A DNA stretch of 37,250 nt from positions 1 through 37,250 of the forward strand of contig JALOMP010000001.1 in assembly GCA_025455365.1 (NCBI GenBank). The letters are read 5' to 3'. Source of the DNA: Chitinophagaceae bacterium. Its GTDB lineage: Bacteria; Bacteroidota; Bacteroidia; Chitinophagales; Chitinophagaceae. The position numbers and the translations under genes were made by a program. Position 1 is the stretch's first letter. Each line of letters starts with the position of its first letter. Below are positions 18,737 through 28,264 of this stretch, piece by piece. The notes under the pieces are model-generated. The model saw only the letters and a program-made list of their open reading frames with translations. It did no database searches and was not told where the DNA came from.

Positions 18737-19720
18737 ATGGCAACAAAACGCGTACTCATCACCGGTGCTGCCGGCTTTCTCGGTTCTCACTTGTGCGATC
18801 GTTTTATCCGCGAGGGTTATGAAGTGGTGGGTATGGACAACCTTGTAACGGGTGATCTCCGCAATATCGAACACCTGTTCCGGTTGAAGGAATTTGATTT
18901 CTACCACCATGACGTTACCAAGTTCATCCACGTGCCCGGCCCCCTGGATTATATCCTGCATTTCGCGTCGCCGGCGAGCCCGATCGACTATCTCAAGATA
19001 CCCATCCAGACACTGAAAGTAGGCGCCCTCGGGACCCATAACTGCCTTGGCCTTGCGAAATCCAAAAATGCCCGTATGCTGGTGGCTTCCACCTCCGAAG
19101 TATATGGCGATCCGCTGGTGCACCCGCAAACGGAGGAATACTGGGGTAATGTGAATCCCGTTGGCCCACGCGGTGTGTATGACGAAGCCAAGCGGTTTAT
19201 GGAATCCATTACCATGGCCTACCATAATTTTCACGGTCTGCAAACAAGGATCGTACGGATATTCAACACCTACGGTCCGAGGATGCGCCTCAATGACGGT
19301 CGCGCCCTGCCGGCCTTTATCGGGCAAGCCCTTCGGGGCGAAGACCTCACGGTATTCGGCGATGGAAGCCAGACCCGATCTTTCTGTTATGTAGATGATT
19401 TGGTGGAGGGCATCTACCGGTTGCTGCTGAGCGACTATGCATACCCGGTGAACATCGGCAACCCCACGGAAATCTCCCTGCTGGATTTTGCGAAGGAGAT
19501 CCTGACCCTGACCGGTTCCAGCCAGAAGATCATATTCAAGCCTCTGCCCATGGATGATCCCAAACAGCGGCAGCCGGATATTACGAAGGCCCGTCATCTG
19601 CTGGGCTGGGAACCGAAGGTGAGCCGGGCAGATGGCCTGCGCATCACCTATGAATATTTCAAATCGCTGCCGAGGGAAGAATTGGTCAAACAACCCAAAG
19701 AGTTCAACTCCCATAAATAA
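18737..19720 (+). CDS. uxs: UDP-glucuronic acid decarboxylase (UDP-xylose synthase) family SDR
   Basis: [55 protein letters not shown]. Confidence 0.92.
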   Translation: MATKRVLITGAAGFLGSHLCDRFIREGYEVVGMDNLVTGDLRNIEHLFRLKEFDFYHHDVTKFIHVPGPLDYILHFASPASPIDYLKIPIQTLKVGALGTHNCLGLAKSKNARMLVASTSEVYGDPLVHPQTEEYWGNVNPVGPRGVYDEAKRFMESITMAYHNFHGLQTRIVRIFNTYGPRMRLNDGRALPAFIGQALRGEDLTVFGDGSQTRSFCYVDDLVEGIYRLLLSDYAYPVNIGNPTEISLLDFAKEILTLTGSSQKIIFKPLPMDDPKQRQPDITKARHLLGWEPKVSRADGLRITYEYFKSLPREELVKQPKEFNSHK

Positions 19721-21012
19721 TGATTTACCAGGATCTGCTGGACAAGAAAACAAAACTGGCCGTCATAGGCCTGGGATATGTAGGGCTTCCCATCGCCCTG
19801 GAGTTCGCCAAACGTATTTCCGTCATCGGGTTCGATATCAACGGGAAACGGATCGCCCAAATGAACCAGGGCATCGATCCCAGCAAGGAAGTGGATCCGG
19901 GCCAGTTTGCCGGGAAAGATATCCTGTTCACCTCCAACCCGGACGACCTTCGCGAGGCCCGTTTTTTCGTCGTGGCCGTTCCCACGCCGGTGGACAAATT
20001 CAATGTGCCCGATCTCAAACCTGTACTCGGCGCCTCGGCTACCATTGGGAAAGTGGTCAAGCCGGGCGATTATGTGGTTTTTGAATCCACGGTTTACCCC
20101 GGTTGTACGGAGGAAGACTGCCTTCCGGTTATCGAAAAGCTGTCCGGCCTGAAAGGCACCCGGGATTTCAAGATCGGCTACTCGCCGGAAAGGATCAATC
20201 CGGGCGATAAAAAAAATACCCTTCGCTCCGTCGTAAAGATTGTGTCAGGATGCGATGCGGAGTCACTGGAAGAGATCGCCAAAACCTATGAACTGGTGGT
20301 GGACGCAGGGGTCCATAGGGCCAGTTCCATCCGGGTGGCCGAAGCCGCCAAAATTGTGGAGAATACACAGCGGGACCTGAACATCGCGTTGATGAACGAA
20401 CTCTCCATGATATTCGACCGGATGGGCATCAATACCTATGACGTCCTGGACGCCGCCGGTACCAAGTGGAACTTCCTGAAATTTTCCCCGGGCCTGGTGG
20501 GAGGGCATTGCATCGGCGTGGATCCCTACTACCTGACCCATAAGGCCGAAGCCATGGGGTATGAAGCCAAACTGATTTCCGCTTCCCGCTTTATCAATGA
20601 CAACATGGCCCGGAATGTGGCCCGGAAAGTAATCCAGCACGTTCTGCGCCATACGCCCGACGTGAATAACGCCCGGGTCCTGGTGAAAGGGGTCACTTTC
20701 AAGGAAAATGTGAGCGATATACGCAATTCCAAGATCATAGATACCGTTAAGGAGATACAATCCTTTAATATCCAGGTAGATGTACAGGATCCCCATGCAG
20801 ACGCAGCGGAAGTGATGGAGGAGTATGGGTTGGCCATTATGCGCACGGATGGTGCTGATTATGACGCAGTTGTGATTGCCACGCCCCACCAGGAATATAT
20901 TTCTCTGCCCGTGCAGGAATTATATAACATGACCCGGCCTTCTGCGTTAATAGCTGACCTTAAAGGGATTTACAAAGGGAAAATCCTGGAAAGGGATTAC
21001 TGGAGTCTATAA
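19720..21012 (+). CDS. Nucleotide-sugar dehydrogenase (UDP-GlcNAc/GalNAc 6-dehydrogenase, TviB/WbpO-like)
   Basis: GLGYVGLP, ESTVYPGCTE, YSPERINPG, GLVGGHCIGVDPYYL, TFKENVSDIRNSK. TAATG overlap with uxs. Confidence 0.92.
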   Translation: MIYQDLLDKKTKLAVIGLGYVGLPIALEFAKRISVIGFDINGKRIAQMNQGIDPSKEVDPGQFAGKDILFTSNPDDLREARFFVVAVPTPVDKFNVPDLKPVLGASATIGKVVKPGDYVVFESTVYPGCTEEDCLPVIEKLSGLKGTRDFKIGYSPERINPGDKKNTLRSVVKIVSGCDAESLEEIAKTYELVVDAGVHRASSIRVAEAAKIVENTQRDLNIALMNELSMIFDRMGINTYDVLDAAGTKWNFLKFSPGLVGGHCIGVDPYYLTHKAEAMGYEAKLISASRFINDNMARNVARKVIQHVLRHTPDVNNARVLVKGVTFKENVSDIRNSKIIDTVKEIQSFNIQVDVQDPHADAAEVMEEYGLAIMRTDGADYDAVVIATPHQEYISLPVQELYNMTRPSALIADLKGIYKGKILERDYWSL

Positions 21013-21028
21013 AATCTGAACGACCAAA

Positions 21029-22081
21029 ATGGAAAAAAACATTCTGATCACCGGCGGGGCCGGATTTATCGGATCACATGTAGTCAGGCTGTTTGTAAAC
21101 AAATATCCGAACTACCGGGTCACCAACCTGGATGCGCTCACCTATGCCGGTAACCTGGAAAACCTCCGGGACATTGAAGACGCCGCCAACTACAGTTTTG
21201 TCAAGGGCGATATTACGGATGAAGCGTTTATCAACGAATTGTTCCTGGAAAGACAGTTCGACAGTGTCATTCACCTGGCCGCGGAAAGCCATGTGGACCG
21301 GTCGATCATGGACCCCCTGGCCTTCGTGAAAACCAATGTGCTGGGCACCGCCATCCTGCTGAATGCGGCGCGCCGCACCTGGAAGGATTACAGCGGCAAA
21401 CTGTTCTACCATGTGTCAACCGATGAGGTCTATGGTTCATTGGGGCAGGAAGGTTTCTTCACGGAAGAAACACCCTACGATCCCCGATCGCCCTATTCCG
21501 CTTCAAAAGCTTCTTCAGATCATTTCGTCAAAGCCTGGCACCATACCTACAACATGCCCGTGGTGATTTCGAACTGCTCCAACAACTACGGTTCACACCA
21601 TTTCCCCGAAAAGCTCATCCCGCTGATGATCAATAATATCATCCATGGCAAACCACTGCCGGTATACGGTAAAGGGGAAAACGTGCGCGACTGGCTCTGG
21701 GTGGAAGACCATGCACGGGCGATTGATGTCATCTTTCACAAGGGAAGACATGGCGAGACATATAACATCGGCGGATTCAATGAATGGAAAAACATAGACC
21801 TTGTTCAACTGCTCTGTTCCATCATGGACCGGAAACTCCAAAGGGAACCGGGAGCTTCGGCCAGGCTCATCACCTATGTGACCGACCGGGCAGGCCATGA
21901 CCTTCGATACGCCATCGACGCCACCAAACTGAACAAGGAACTCGGCTGGAAGCCCTCCTTGCAATTTGAAGAGGGACTGGAGCGTACGGTAGACTGGTAC
22001 CTCGCCAACAAGGAATGGGTGAACCGGATAACTTCCGGTGCGTACCAGGAATATTATCAAAACCAATACGCCGAAAGGTAA
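21029..22081 (+). CDS. rfbB: dTDP-glucose 4,6-dehydratase
   Basis: TGGAGFIGS, LTYAGNL, HLAAESHVDRSI, STDEVYG, YSASKASSD, DRAGHDLRY. Confidence 0.96.
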   Translation: MEKNILITGGAGFIGSHVVRLFVNKYPNYRVTNLDALTYAGNLENLRDIEDAANYSFVKGDITDEAFINELFLERQFDSVIHLAAESHVDRSIMDPLAFVKTNVLGTAILLNAARRTWKDYSGKLFYHVSTDEVYGSLGQEGFFTEETPYDPRSPYSASKASSDHFVKAWHHTYNMPVVISNCSNNYGSHHFPEKLIPLMINNIIHGKPLPVYGKGENVRDWLWVEDHARAIDVIFHKGRHGETYNIGGFNEWKNIDLVQLLCSIMDRKLQREPGASARLITYVTDRAGHDLRYAIDATKLNKELGWKPSLQFEEGLERTVDWYLANKEWVNRITSGAYQEYYQNQYAER

Positions 22082-22092
22082 TCACAGGCAAT

Positions 22093-22653
22093 ATGGAATT
22101 TATAACCACTCCCTTTGAGGGCTTGTTCCTGGTGCAACCCAAGGTATTCCAGGATTCCAGGGGATATTTTTTTGAGAGTTACAGCCAGCGTTTTTTTGAT
22201 AATGCAGGACTGCCTGGTAATTGGGTGCAGGATAACCAATCCTCATCCTCGTACGGTGTGATCCGGGGACTTCACTACCAACTGAATCCTTCCGCGCAGA
22301 CAAAGCTGGTGCGCGTGCTTTTCGGAAAAATCCTTGATGTGGTGGTGGATATCCGTAAAGGGTCCCCCACCTACCAGCAGGCGTATTCAGTTGAACTTTC
22401 GGATGAAAATAAAACGCAGATCCTGGTACCCCGTGGCTTTGCGCATGGATTTTCCGTGCTGAGCGAAAGGGCCGTGGTGCTGTATAAATGCGATGCCTAT
22501 TACGACAAATCGACGGAAGCCGGTATCATCTATAATGACCCTGCGCTGGCCGTTGACTGGAAAATCCCGGCAGGTCGGGAAATCGTTTCCGATAAAGACC
22601 TGTTGCTTCCCACCCTCGATCAGTCCACCACCAATTTTGAATTCAAAGGATGA
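22093..22653 (+). CDS. rfbC: dTDP-4-dehydrorhamnose 3,5-epimerase
   Basis: DSRGYFFESY, VQDNQS, RGLHYQ, DIRKGSPT, GFAHGF. Start moved to ATG 22093. Confidence 0.96.
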   Translation: MEFITTPFEGLFLVQPKVFQDSRGYFFESYSQRFFDNAGLPGNWVQDNQSSSSYGVIRGLHYQLNPSAQTKLVRVLFGKILDVVVDIRKGSPTYQQAYSVELSDENKTQILVPRGFAHGFSVLSERAVVLYKCDAYYDKSTEAGIIYNDPALAVDWKIPAGREIVSDKDLLLPTLDQSTTNFEFKG

Positions 22654-23519
22654 GTATCAGGAAAGTACTGGTCACCGGCGCAAACGGCCAGGTAGGGAAG
22701 GAGTTGCGCAAACTCTCGGGAAATTTTCCCAACCTGCAGTTTCTTTTTCTGTCGCGCGAAGACCTCGCCATACATCATTTTGACCTTGTCCGGAATTTTT
22801 TCCGTTCATTCCAGCCGGATGTATGCATCAACTGTGCGGCATATACGGCCGTTGACAAAGCTGAATCGGAAAAAGACCTCGCTTTCCTCGTAAATGCGGA
22901 ATCCGTGGGCGTCCTGGCCGCTGTCTCTCGTGAACAGGGGACCCGGTTCCTCCATATTTCCACCGACTATGTTTTCCGGGGCGATGGCTCTAAACCATAT
23001 ACCGAAGCGGATGAAACCGATCCGCAGAACGTCTATGGCGCTTCCAAGCGGGACGGGGAAATCCAGGCGATGGCCCAGAATCCTGATTCTGTCATCATTC
23101 GCACAAGCTGGGTTTATTCCGTGTTCGGGAAGAATTTTGTCAAGACCATGATGAAGCTCATGCAGGAAAGGGACGCCCTGAACGTGGTGGGTGACCAGTG
23201 GGGTTCGCCTACCCATGCGCGTGACCTGGCAGCCTGCCTTATGCACATTGCGCTGTCGGACGCCTGGACACCGGGTATTTACCATTACAGCAATGAAGGT
23301 GACATCACCTGGTTCCAGTTTGCAGACGCCATCCGCGAAATGACGCAAAGTTCCTGCAAGGTGAGCCCCATACCCACATCAGACTATCCCACACCGGCAA
23401 AACGCCCGGCTTACAGCGTGATGAGTAAGGAGAAGATTTGCCGAACATACGGCATCCGACTGGTGCCCTGGCGGGACAGCCTGGGCGACTGTATACATAT
23501 GTTGAAAGCCGGTGAGTGA
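22650..23519 (+). CDS. rfbD: dTDP-4-dehydrorhamnose reductase
   Basis: TGANGQVG, NCAAYTAVDKAE, ISTDYVF, YGASK, RTSWVY, PTPAKRP. ATGA overlap with rfbC. Confidence 0.96.
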   Translation: MSIRKVLVTGANGQVGKELRKLSGNFPNLQFLFLSREDLAIHHFDLVRNFFRSFQPDVCINCAAYTAVDKAESEKDLAFLVNAESVGVLAAVSREQGTRFLHISTDYVFRGDGSKPYTEADETDPQNVYGASKRDGEIQAMAQNPDSVIIRTSWVYSVFGKNFVKTMMKLMQERDALNVVGDQWGSPTHARDLAACLMHIALSDAWTPGIYHYSNEGDITWFQFADAIREMTQSSCKVSPIPTSDYPTPAKRPAYSVMSKEKICRTYGIRLVPWRDSLGDCIHMLKAGE

Positions 23520-23538
23520 TTTCACCGGCTTTTCATTT
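23505..23538. terminator. Bidirectional intrinsic terminator between convergent genes
   Basis: AAAGCCGGTGA (23505-23515) pairs with TCACCGGCTTT (23522-23532), followed by a T-rich tail. The rfbD stop codon lies in the loop. Confidence 0.8.
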
Positions 23539-23561
23539 CATATCGTCTGGCTTAGCAGGAT

Positions 23562-24851
23562 TCAATCCACCCTTCGTCCGCCTTTTAGTTCTTCCGTGAG
23601 TTTTTCAAAAGCATCCAGTTTCCCTTCAGACAAAAGACGGGACTGTTCAGGCCAAGTGGCCGGATCATGGATCCGGTAGCTCTCGCCGGCTTCATCGAGG
23701 ATGCCCTGCAGCTGGGCAACAGGAGTGTCCGCCAGCTGGCGGAAAGTGTAAATACGATGACCATTCAGGATCTCCTCCAGTTTTGGTCCAATACCTTCAA
23801 TGACTTGCAGGTTGTCTGGTTTGACGGGGCCGTCAGCTTTTGCGAGGGCTTCTGCAAGGACTGCTTTTTCGGTGAGCGCTGACGTAAGATCCGCCTGGAT
23901 TTTTTGCTTCTCCGCAACCAGCTGGCTGACCTGCGCTTCCAGGGAGCTCAGTTTTGATTCGAGTGCCAGGGCTGCTGACGCGTTGCTGGCCTGCACATCC
24001 GCTTCCTGGTTCCATTTGTCCCTTTCCGCTCTAACGGCATCCAGTTCCGCCCGCAGCGAGGGCACTTCCGCCAATCCCTGCCTGGCTTTTTGAAGGTCAG
24101 CTTCCAATTGGGATAATTTTTGCCTGAAGCCCGCGGTCTCACCGGACTGGCTGTCCAGCTGATCGCGTTCCTCTCTCAGCTTTTTCCTTTCTTCTTCAAA
24201 TTGATTGGCTTCCGTCTGGAATTTCACTACCATCAGCCGGCTGCTGTGCAGGTCGTTTTCCAGGCGGGTGATCTTGTTCCGCATCTCCGTTACCTGGCTC
24301 TCATCCAACGAGGCAGCCAGCCTTACTTTTTCAGACAGGGCCTGCTCCAGGGATTGCCTGACCCGCTGCATCTCTTCCCTTGACAGCTGCAATTCCTTTT
24401 CCTGGTTCTTTACCCGGTTACGGAGAGATTCCACTTCAGAATGGTCAACCATCATCGAAGTCACTTTCGCATGCTCCTCTTCAAATGCCACTTTATGCCT
24501 GCCCGCCAGTTCGCGGGAAGTTTCTGCTTCCTTTTGAAGGTCATGTATCCGGGCTTTGAGTTTGTCCAATTCTCCCGCAGAGGCGGCAAAGGAATTTGCT
24601 TTTGCCTGGGCTGCATCCAGTTGCTGTTTCATTTTGTGATGCCTGCCTTTTTCATCATGCAGTTCCTTTTCCAGGTGCTGGATCCGGGCTTCCCAGGCGG
24701 CAGAAACCTTTCCTCCTTTGCCAAGGAAAAAATGATAAAGCAGGGCACCCAGCACGCCCGCCAGTATCCAGAGCAATGTGATTTCGGTATTGGACATTCT
24801 TACGGGAAGATCCCTCCATCCGGGATCGAAAAGGCCTAAAAACCATAACAT
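23562..24851 (-). CDS. Membrane-anchored coiled-coil protein with C-terminal helix-hairpin-helix (DUF4332-like) domain
   Basis: N-terminal TM helix (LLWILAGVLGALLYHFFL), about 290 aa of E/K/Q/L heptads, then DNLQVIEGIGPKLEEILN..IYTFRQLA...W..Q. Alternative start ATG 24797. Confidence 0.75.
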   Translation of the reverse strand: MLWFLGLFDPGWRDLPVRMSNTEITLLWILAGVLGALLYHFFLGKGGKVSAAWEARIQHLEKELHDEKGRHHKMKQQLDAAQAKANSFAASAGELDKLKARIHDLQKEAETSRELAGRHKVAFEEEHAKVTSMMVDHSEVESLRNRVKNQEKELQLSREEMQRVRQSLEQALSEKVRLAASLDESQVTEMRNKITRLENDLHSSRLMVVKFQTEANQFEEERKKLREERDQLDSQSGETAGFRQKLSQLEADLQKARQGLAEVPSLRAELDAVRAERDKWNQEADVQASNASAALALESKLSSLEAQVSQLVAEKQKIQADLTSALTEKAVLAEALAKADGPVKPDNLQVIEGIGPKLEEILNGHRIYTFRQLADTPVAQLQGILDEAGESYRIHDPATWPEQSRLLSEGKLDAFEKLTEELKGGRRVD

Positions 24852-25030
24852 AGCAATTCAGTTTTGGGGGTTAACAGGAAAAGGGCCGGGAAATCCGGCC
24901 TTGGTTGTACTGCGTTAATGTACAAAAAAAGCCGGTACAGGCTATGTTTCGTTCAATGGACAGGCCTTCCCCCGTTCCCAGGCAATGATTTCTCGAAAAA
25001 AAAGGCCTGCTCGCCATTTTTATTCATTTG

Positions 25031-25047
25031 TCTACTATATTTGTGGG
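25031..25047 (+). promoter_or_regulatory. Promoter -7 box (TATATTTG, 25036-25043) inside an imperfect TCTAC-N7-GTRGR site
   Basis: TCTACTATATTTGTGGG; contains an exact TAnnTTTG and matches the palindrome at 25202 in its left arm. Confidence 0.55.
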
Positions 25048-25201
25048 GTATTTGGAAATCCGGCGCCCGCAAATACTGTCCGAAACGGGACTGCCGATTC
25101 CCTGAGCCGTGTGAAACCGTAGCGTACCGATTGTTTACCTGATTTTGCCATACACCACCGGTCCTTTCAAAGGAGCGGCGTTTTTATCCCTGGTTTTTAA
25201 A

Positions 25202-25218
25202 TCTACCTAACAGGTAGA
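25202..25218. promoter_or_regulatory. Palindromic operator candidate upstream of cysD
   Basis: TCTACCT-AAC-AGGTAGA, a perfect 7-bp inverted repeat 14 nt before the cysD ATG. Confidence 0.6.
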
Positions 25219-25232
25219 CTAATAAATAGCAT

Positions 25233-26141
25233 ATGCAGGATTATCAGCTTGACTATCTATCGGAACTGGAAGCGGAAAGCGTCCATATATTCCGGGAAAT
25301 TGCCGCCCAGTTTGAGAAGCCGGCCCTCCTGTTCAGCGGGGGCAAGGATTCGATCACCCTGGTACACCTGGCCCGGAAAGCCTTTGCGCCGGACAGGATA
25401 CCTTTTCCACTCGTCCACATCGATACCGGGCATAATTTTCCGGAGGCCCTCGAGTTTCGCGACGCACTGGCAAAGGAAGTGGGCGCCACACTGATCGTCC
25501 GCAAAGTGGAGGATACCATTCGCCAGCGTAAGCTGACGGAGCCGAAAGGAAAGTTCGCTTCCCGTAACTGGCTCCAGACCTACACATTGCTGGATACCAT
25601 TGAAGAGTTTGGATTTGATGCCTGTATCGGCGGCGCCAGGCGGGATGAAGAAAAAGCCCGGGCGAAGGAAAGGATTTTTTCCGTGCGCGATGAATTCGGT
25701 CAATGGAACCCCAAACTACAGCGTCCGGAGCTCTGGAATATCTTCAACGGCCGCATACACAAGGGCGAAAACGTGCGTGTGTTTCCTATCAGTAACTGGA
25801 CGGAACTGGATATCTGGAATTATATCCGCGCGGAAAACATCGCCCTGCCTTCCATCTATTTCGCCCATGAACGGGAAGTGGTGGATCATGAAGGCCAGTG
25901 GGTGGCCGTTTCCGAGTTCGTTCGCCTGGATCCCGGTGACCTGGTGACCCGGAAAAAAGTCCGTTACCGCACGGTAGGGGATATGACCTGTACGGCGGCC
26001 GTTGAGTCGACGGCTTCCAACCTCGATGAAGTGATTACGGAAATTCAGGCAACGCGTATCAGCGAACGTGGAGAAACCCGTATCGATGACAAGGTCACGG
26101 AAGCGGCTATGGAAGACCGTAAGAAGAACGGTTACTTCTGA
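25233..26141 (+). CDS. cysD: Sulfate adenylyltransferase subunit 2
   Basis: LEAESVHIFRE, LFSGGKDS, GGARRDEEKARAKER, QRPELW, RVFPISNWTE, MEDRKKNGYF. Confidence 0.97.
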   Translation: MQDYQLDYLSELEAESVHIFREIAAQFEKPALLFSGGKDSITLVHLARKAFAPDRIPFPLVHIDTGHNFPEALEFRDALAKEVGATLIVRKVEDTIRQRKLTEPKGKFASRNWLQTYTLLDTIEEFGFDACIGGARRDEEKARAKERIFSVRDEFGQWNPKLQRPELWNIFNGRIHKGENVRVFPISNWTELDIWNYIRAENIALPSIYFAHEREVVDHEGQWVAVSEFVRLDPGDLVTRKKVRYRTVGDMTCTAAVESTASNLDEVITEIQATRISERGETRIDDKVTEAAMEDRKKNGYF

Positions 26142-26162
26142 TTTAATTACAAAAAATCATTC

Positions 26163-27404
26163 ATGAATATCCTCAGATTCATTACCGCGGGCAGCGTGGA
26201 CGACGGGAAAAGTACCCTGATCGGCAGGCTTTTGTATGACAGCAAGAGCATCCTGACGGATCAGCTGGAACAACTGGAAAAACAGAGCAAGAACCGCAAC
26301 GATGCCGGCATTGACCTGGCATTGCTGACGGACGGCCTGCGGGCGGAAAGGGAGCAGGGCATCACCATCGATGTGGCATACCGCTATTTTTCCACGCCCA
26401 AACGCAAATTCATTATCGCCGATGCGCCGGGTCATGTGCAGTATACCCGCAACATGATCACGGGCGCTTCCAACGCGGAACTCATCATCATCCTGATCGA
26501 TGCCCGCCAGGGCGTCGTGGAGCAGACGAGGCGTCATTCCATCATCGCCTCGCTGTTGCGGATTCCGCATGTGGTGGTGGCCATCAATAAGATGGACCTG
26601 ATGGACTTCAGCCAGGATGTGTTTAACAATATTGTGATTGATTATTCAGCCGTCGCCAACCAGCTTGGATTGCACCATGTATCTTATTTTCCGATCAGCG
26701 CATTGCAGGGGGACAATATCGTGGACCCTTCCGCCAATATGCCCTGGTACGAAGGTCCGCCACTCCTGCAATACCTGGAGGACCTCCCGCTTCAGACCGA
26801 CCATAACCATGAATTACCCAGGTTCCAGGTCCAGTTCGTGATCCGTCCGCAAACACCGGAGCTTCATGACTACCGGGGCTACGCGGGCAGGATTGCCAGC
26901 GGCATCTACCGCCAGGGTGAGGAGGTGACCGTGCTGCCCTCCGGGCTTAAAAGCCGTATCCGATCCATCGAAATCGGTGGAAAGCCCGTGGAGGAAGCGT
27001 TCGCCCCGCAGAGCGTTGTCATTCAGCTGGAAGACGACCTCGATATCAGTCGGGGCGATATACTGGTAACCGGTGCCGTACTTCCGGAAGTAACCACGGA
27101 ATCGGAAGTGCTGCTTTGCTGGATGGATGAAAAACCCCTCCAGCCGGGCAACAAGTATATCCTGCAACACCAGAGCCGCCAGGTACGAGCCATGGTGCGC
27201 AACCTCCATTCACGGGTAGACGTAAACACCCTGCAGGAAGTGGCACTCGATGGCCCCGTCAGCCTAAATGAAATTGTAAAAGCCCGGATAAAGACTGCTG
27301 CCCCGCTGGCGGTTGACCGCTATGCGTCACTGCGTCACAACGGCGCCGCGATCCTGGTGGACGAAACCAGCAACAACACGGTGGCAGCCCTCCTGTTCAC
27401 CTGA
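26163..27404 (+). CDS. cysN: Sulfate adenylyltransferase subunit 1 (GTPase), no APS-kinase domain
   Basis: GSVDDGKSTLIGRLLYD, EREQGITIDVAYRYF, DAPGH, NKMD, RGYAG. Ends at 413 aa. Confidence 0.96.
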   Translation: MNILRFITAGSVDDGKSTLIGRLLYDSKSILTDQLEQLEKQSKNRNDAGIDLALLTDGLRAEREQGITIDVAYRYFSTPKRKFIIADAPGHVQYTRNMITGASNAELIIILIDARQGVVEQTRRHSIIASLLRIPHVVVAINKMDLMDFSQDVFNNIVIDYSAVANQLGLHHVSYFPISALQGDNIVDPSANMPWYEGPPLLQYLEDLPLQTDHNHELPRFQVQFVIRPQTPELHDYRGYAGRIASGIYRQGEEVTVLPSGLKSRIRSIEIGGKPVEEAFAPQSVVIQLEDDLDISRGDILVTGAVLPEVTTESEVLLCWMDEKPLQPGNKYILQHQSRQVRAMVRNLHSRVDVNTLQEVALDGPVSLNEIVKARIKTAAPLAVDRYASLRHNGAAILVDETSNNTVAALLFT

Positions 27405-27415
27405 CCCGATAAGCC

Positions 27416-28264
27416 ATGACGCAACATTCAGACCGCCATACAGGAAAAGTGATCATCGCCGCCGCGGGCCCGGGCGACGCGGAGTTGCTAACGGTAAAGG
27501 CTGCCCGATACCTGGAGCGCGCCGATGTGATCCTCTCCGATCGCCTGGTAAATCCGGATATCATCCGTCTGTATGCACGCAAGGACGCGGAGATCATTGA
27601 CGTTGGAAAACAATCGGGCAGGGCCGGATCCACCCCGCAGCCTTCCATCAACCACCTCATGGCTTCCTATGCCCTGCAGGGAAAGCTGGTGGTGAGGCTG
27701 AAGGGAGGCGATGTTTCCGTTTTCTCCAATGTGCTGGATGAACTGGAGACACTTCGTGCGCTGGGTATTTCCTATGAGCTGGTTCCCGGCGTAACATCGG
27801 CACTGGGCGCTGCGGCCTATGCCGGTATACCCCTTACCGCGAGGGGATATGCGAAGGGCGTGCGATTGCTTACTTTTCATGACCCTGAAACCGTCCCGCC
27901 TGGCGACTGGCAGGCATGGGCAGGAACCAGCGATACGCTGGTGTTCTACATGTCCGGGCAGGTCCTTACAGAACTGGCAGTACGGTTGCATGCAGCCGGC
28001 ATGCCCCTTCACAAGCCGTTGGCCATCATCAGCCAGGCAACGACTCCCTTTCAACAGGTGCACCTGGGCAGCATCGGCGAATTTGTGCATCCCGGGAATA
28101 TCCCGGCTTATATATCCCCAACCCTGATCATCATCGGGGATGTGGTAAAGCTGCATCCGCGTTTTCAATGGTTCAGGAGCGAACAAAGCCCAGGTGAGTT
28201 TTTTGCGCCTGTTTCCGAATCTATCCATCCTCAAACAGAGATCCCGCATGCTGGCCACCCATAA
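27416..28264 (+). CDS. cobA: Uroporphyrinogen-III C-methyltransferase (SUMT, CysG-A-like)
   Basis: AGPGDAELLTVKA, DRLV, VRLKGGD, VPGVTSA, AGIPLTARG, VFYM, IGDVV. Confidence 0.93.
   Translation: MTQHSDRHTGKVIIAAAGPGDAELLTVKAARYLERADVILSDRLVNPDIIRLYARKDAEIIDVGKQSGRAGSTPQPSINHLMASYALQGKLVVRLKGGDVSVFSNVLDELETLRALGISYELVPGVTSALGAAAYAGIPLTARGYAKGVRLLTFHDPETVPPGDWQAWAGTSDTLVFYMSGQVLTELAVRLHAAGMPLHKPLAIISQATTPFQQVHLGSIGEFVHPGNIPAYISPTLIIIGDVVKLHPRFQWFRSEQSPGEFFAPVSESIHPQTEIPHAGHP

Noticed and set aside
17963-19753. 596-aa antisense ORF spanning ugd and uxs
   Set aside because: Reverse-complement shadow of two in-phase conserved genes; no domain signal or promoter.
21029-23519. rfbA (rmlA) missing from rfbBCD
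   Set aside because: rmlA is often encoded separately; not informative without the rest of the genome.
24864-25142. 92-aa ORF in the divergent intergenic region
   Set aside because: TTG start, no recognisable features, and it runs over the promoter/operator candidate; likely spurious.
25048-25200. Possible SAM riboswitch in the cysD leader
   Set aside because: No SAM-I or SAM-II consensus is recognisable and there is no clear terminator. An Rfam scan would be needed to exclude it fully.
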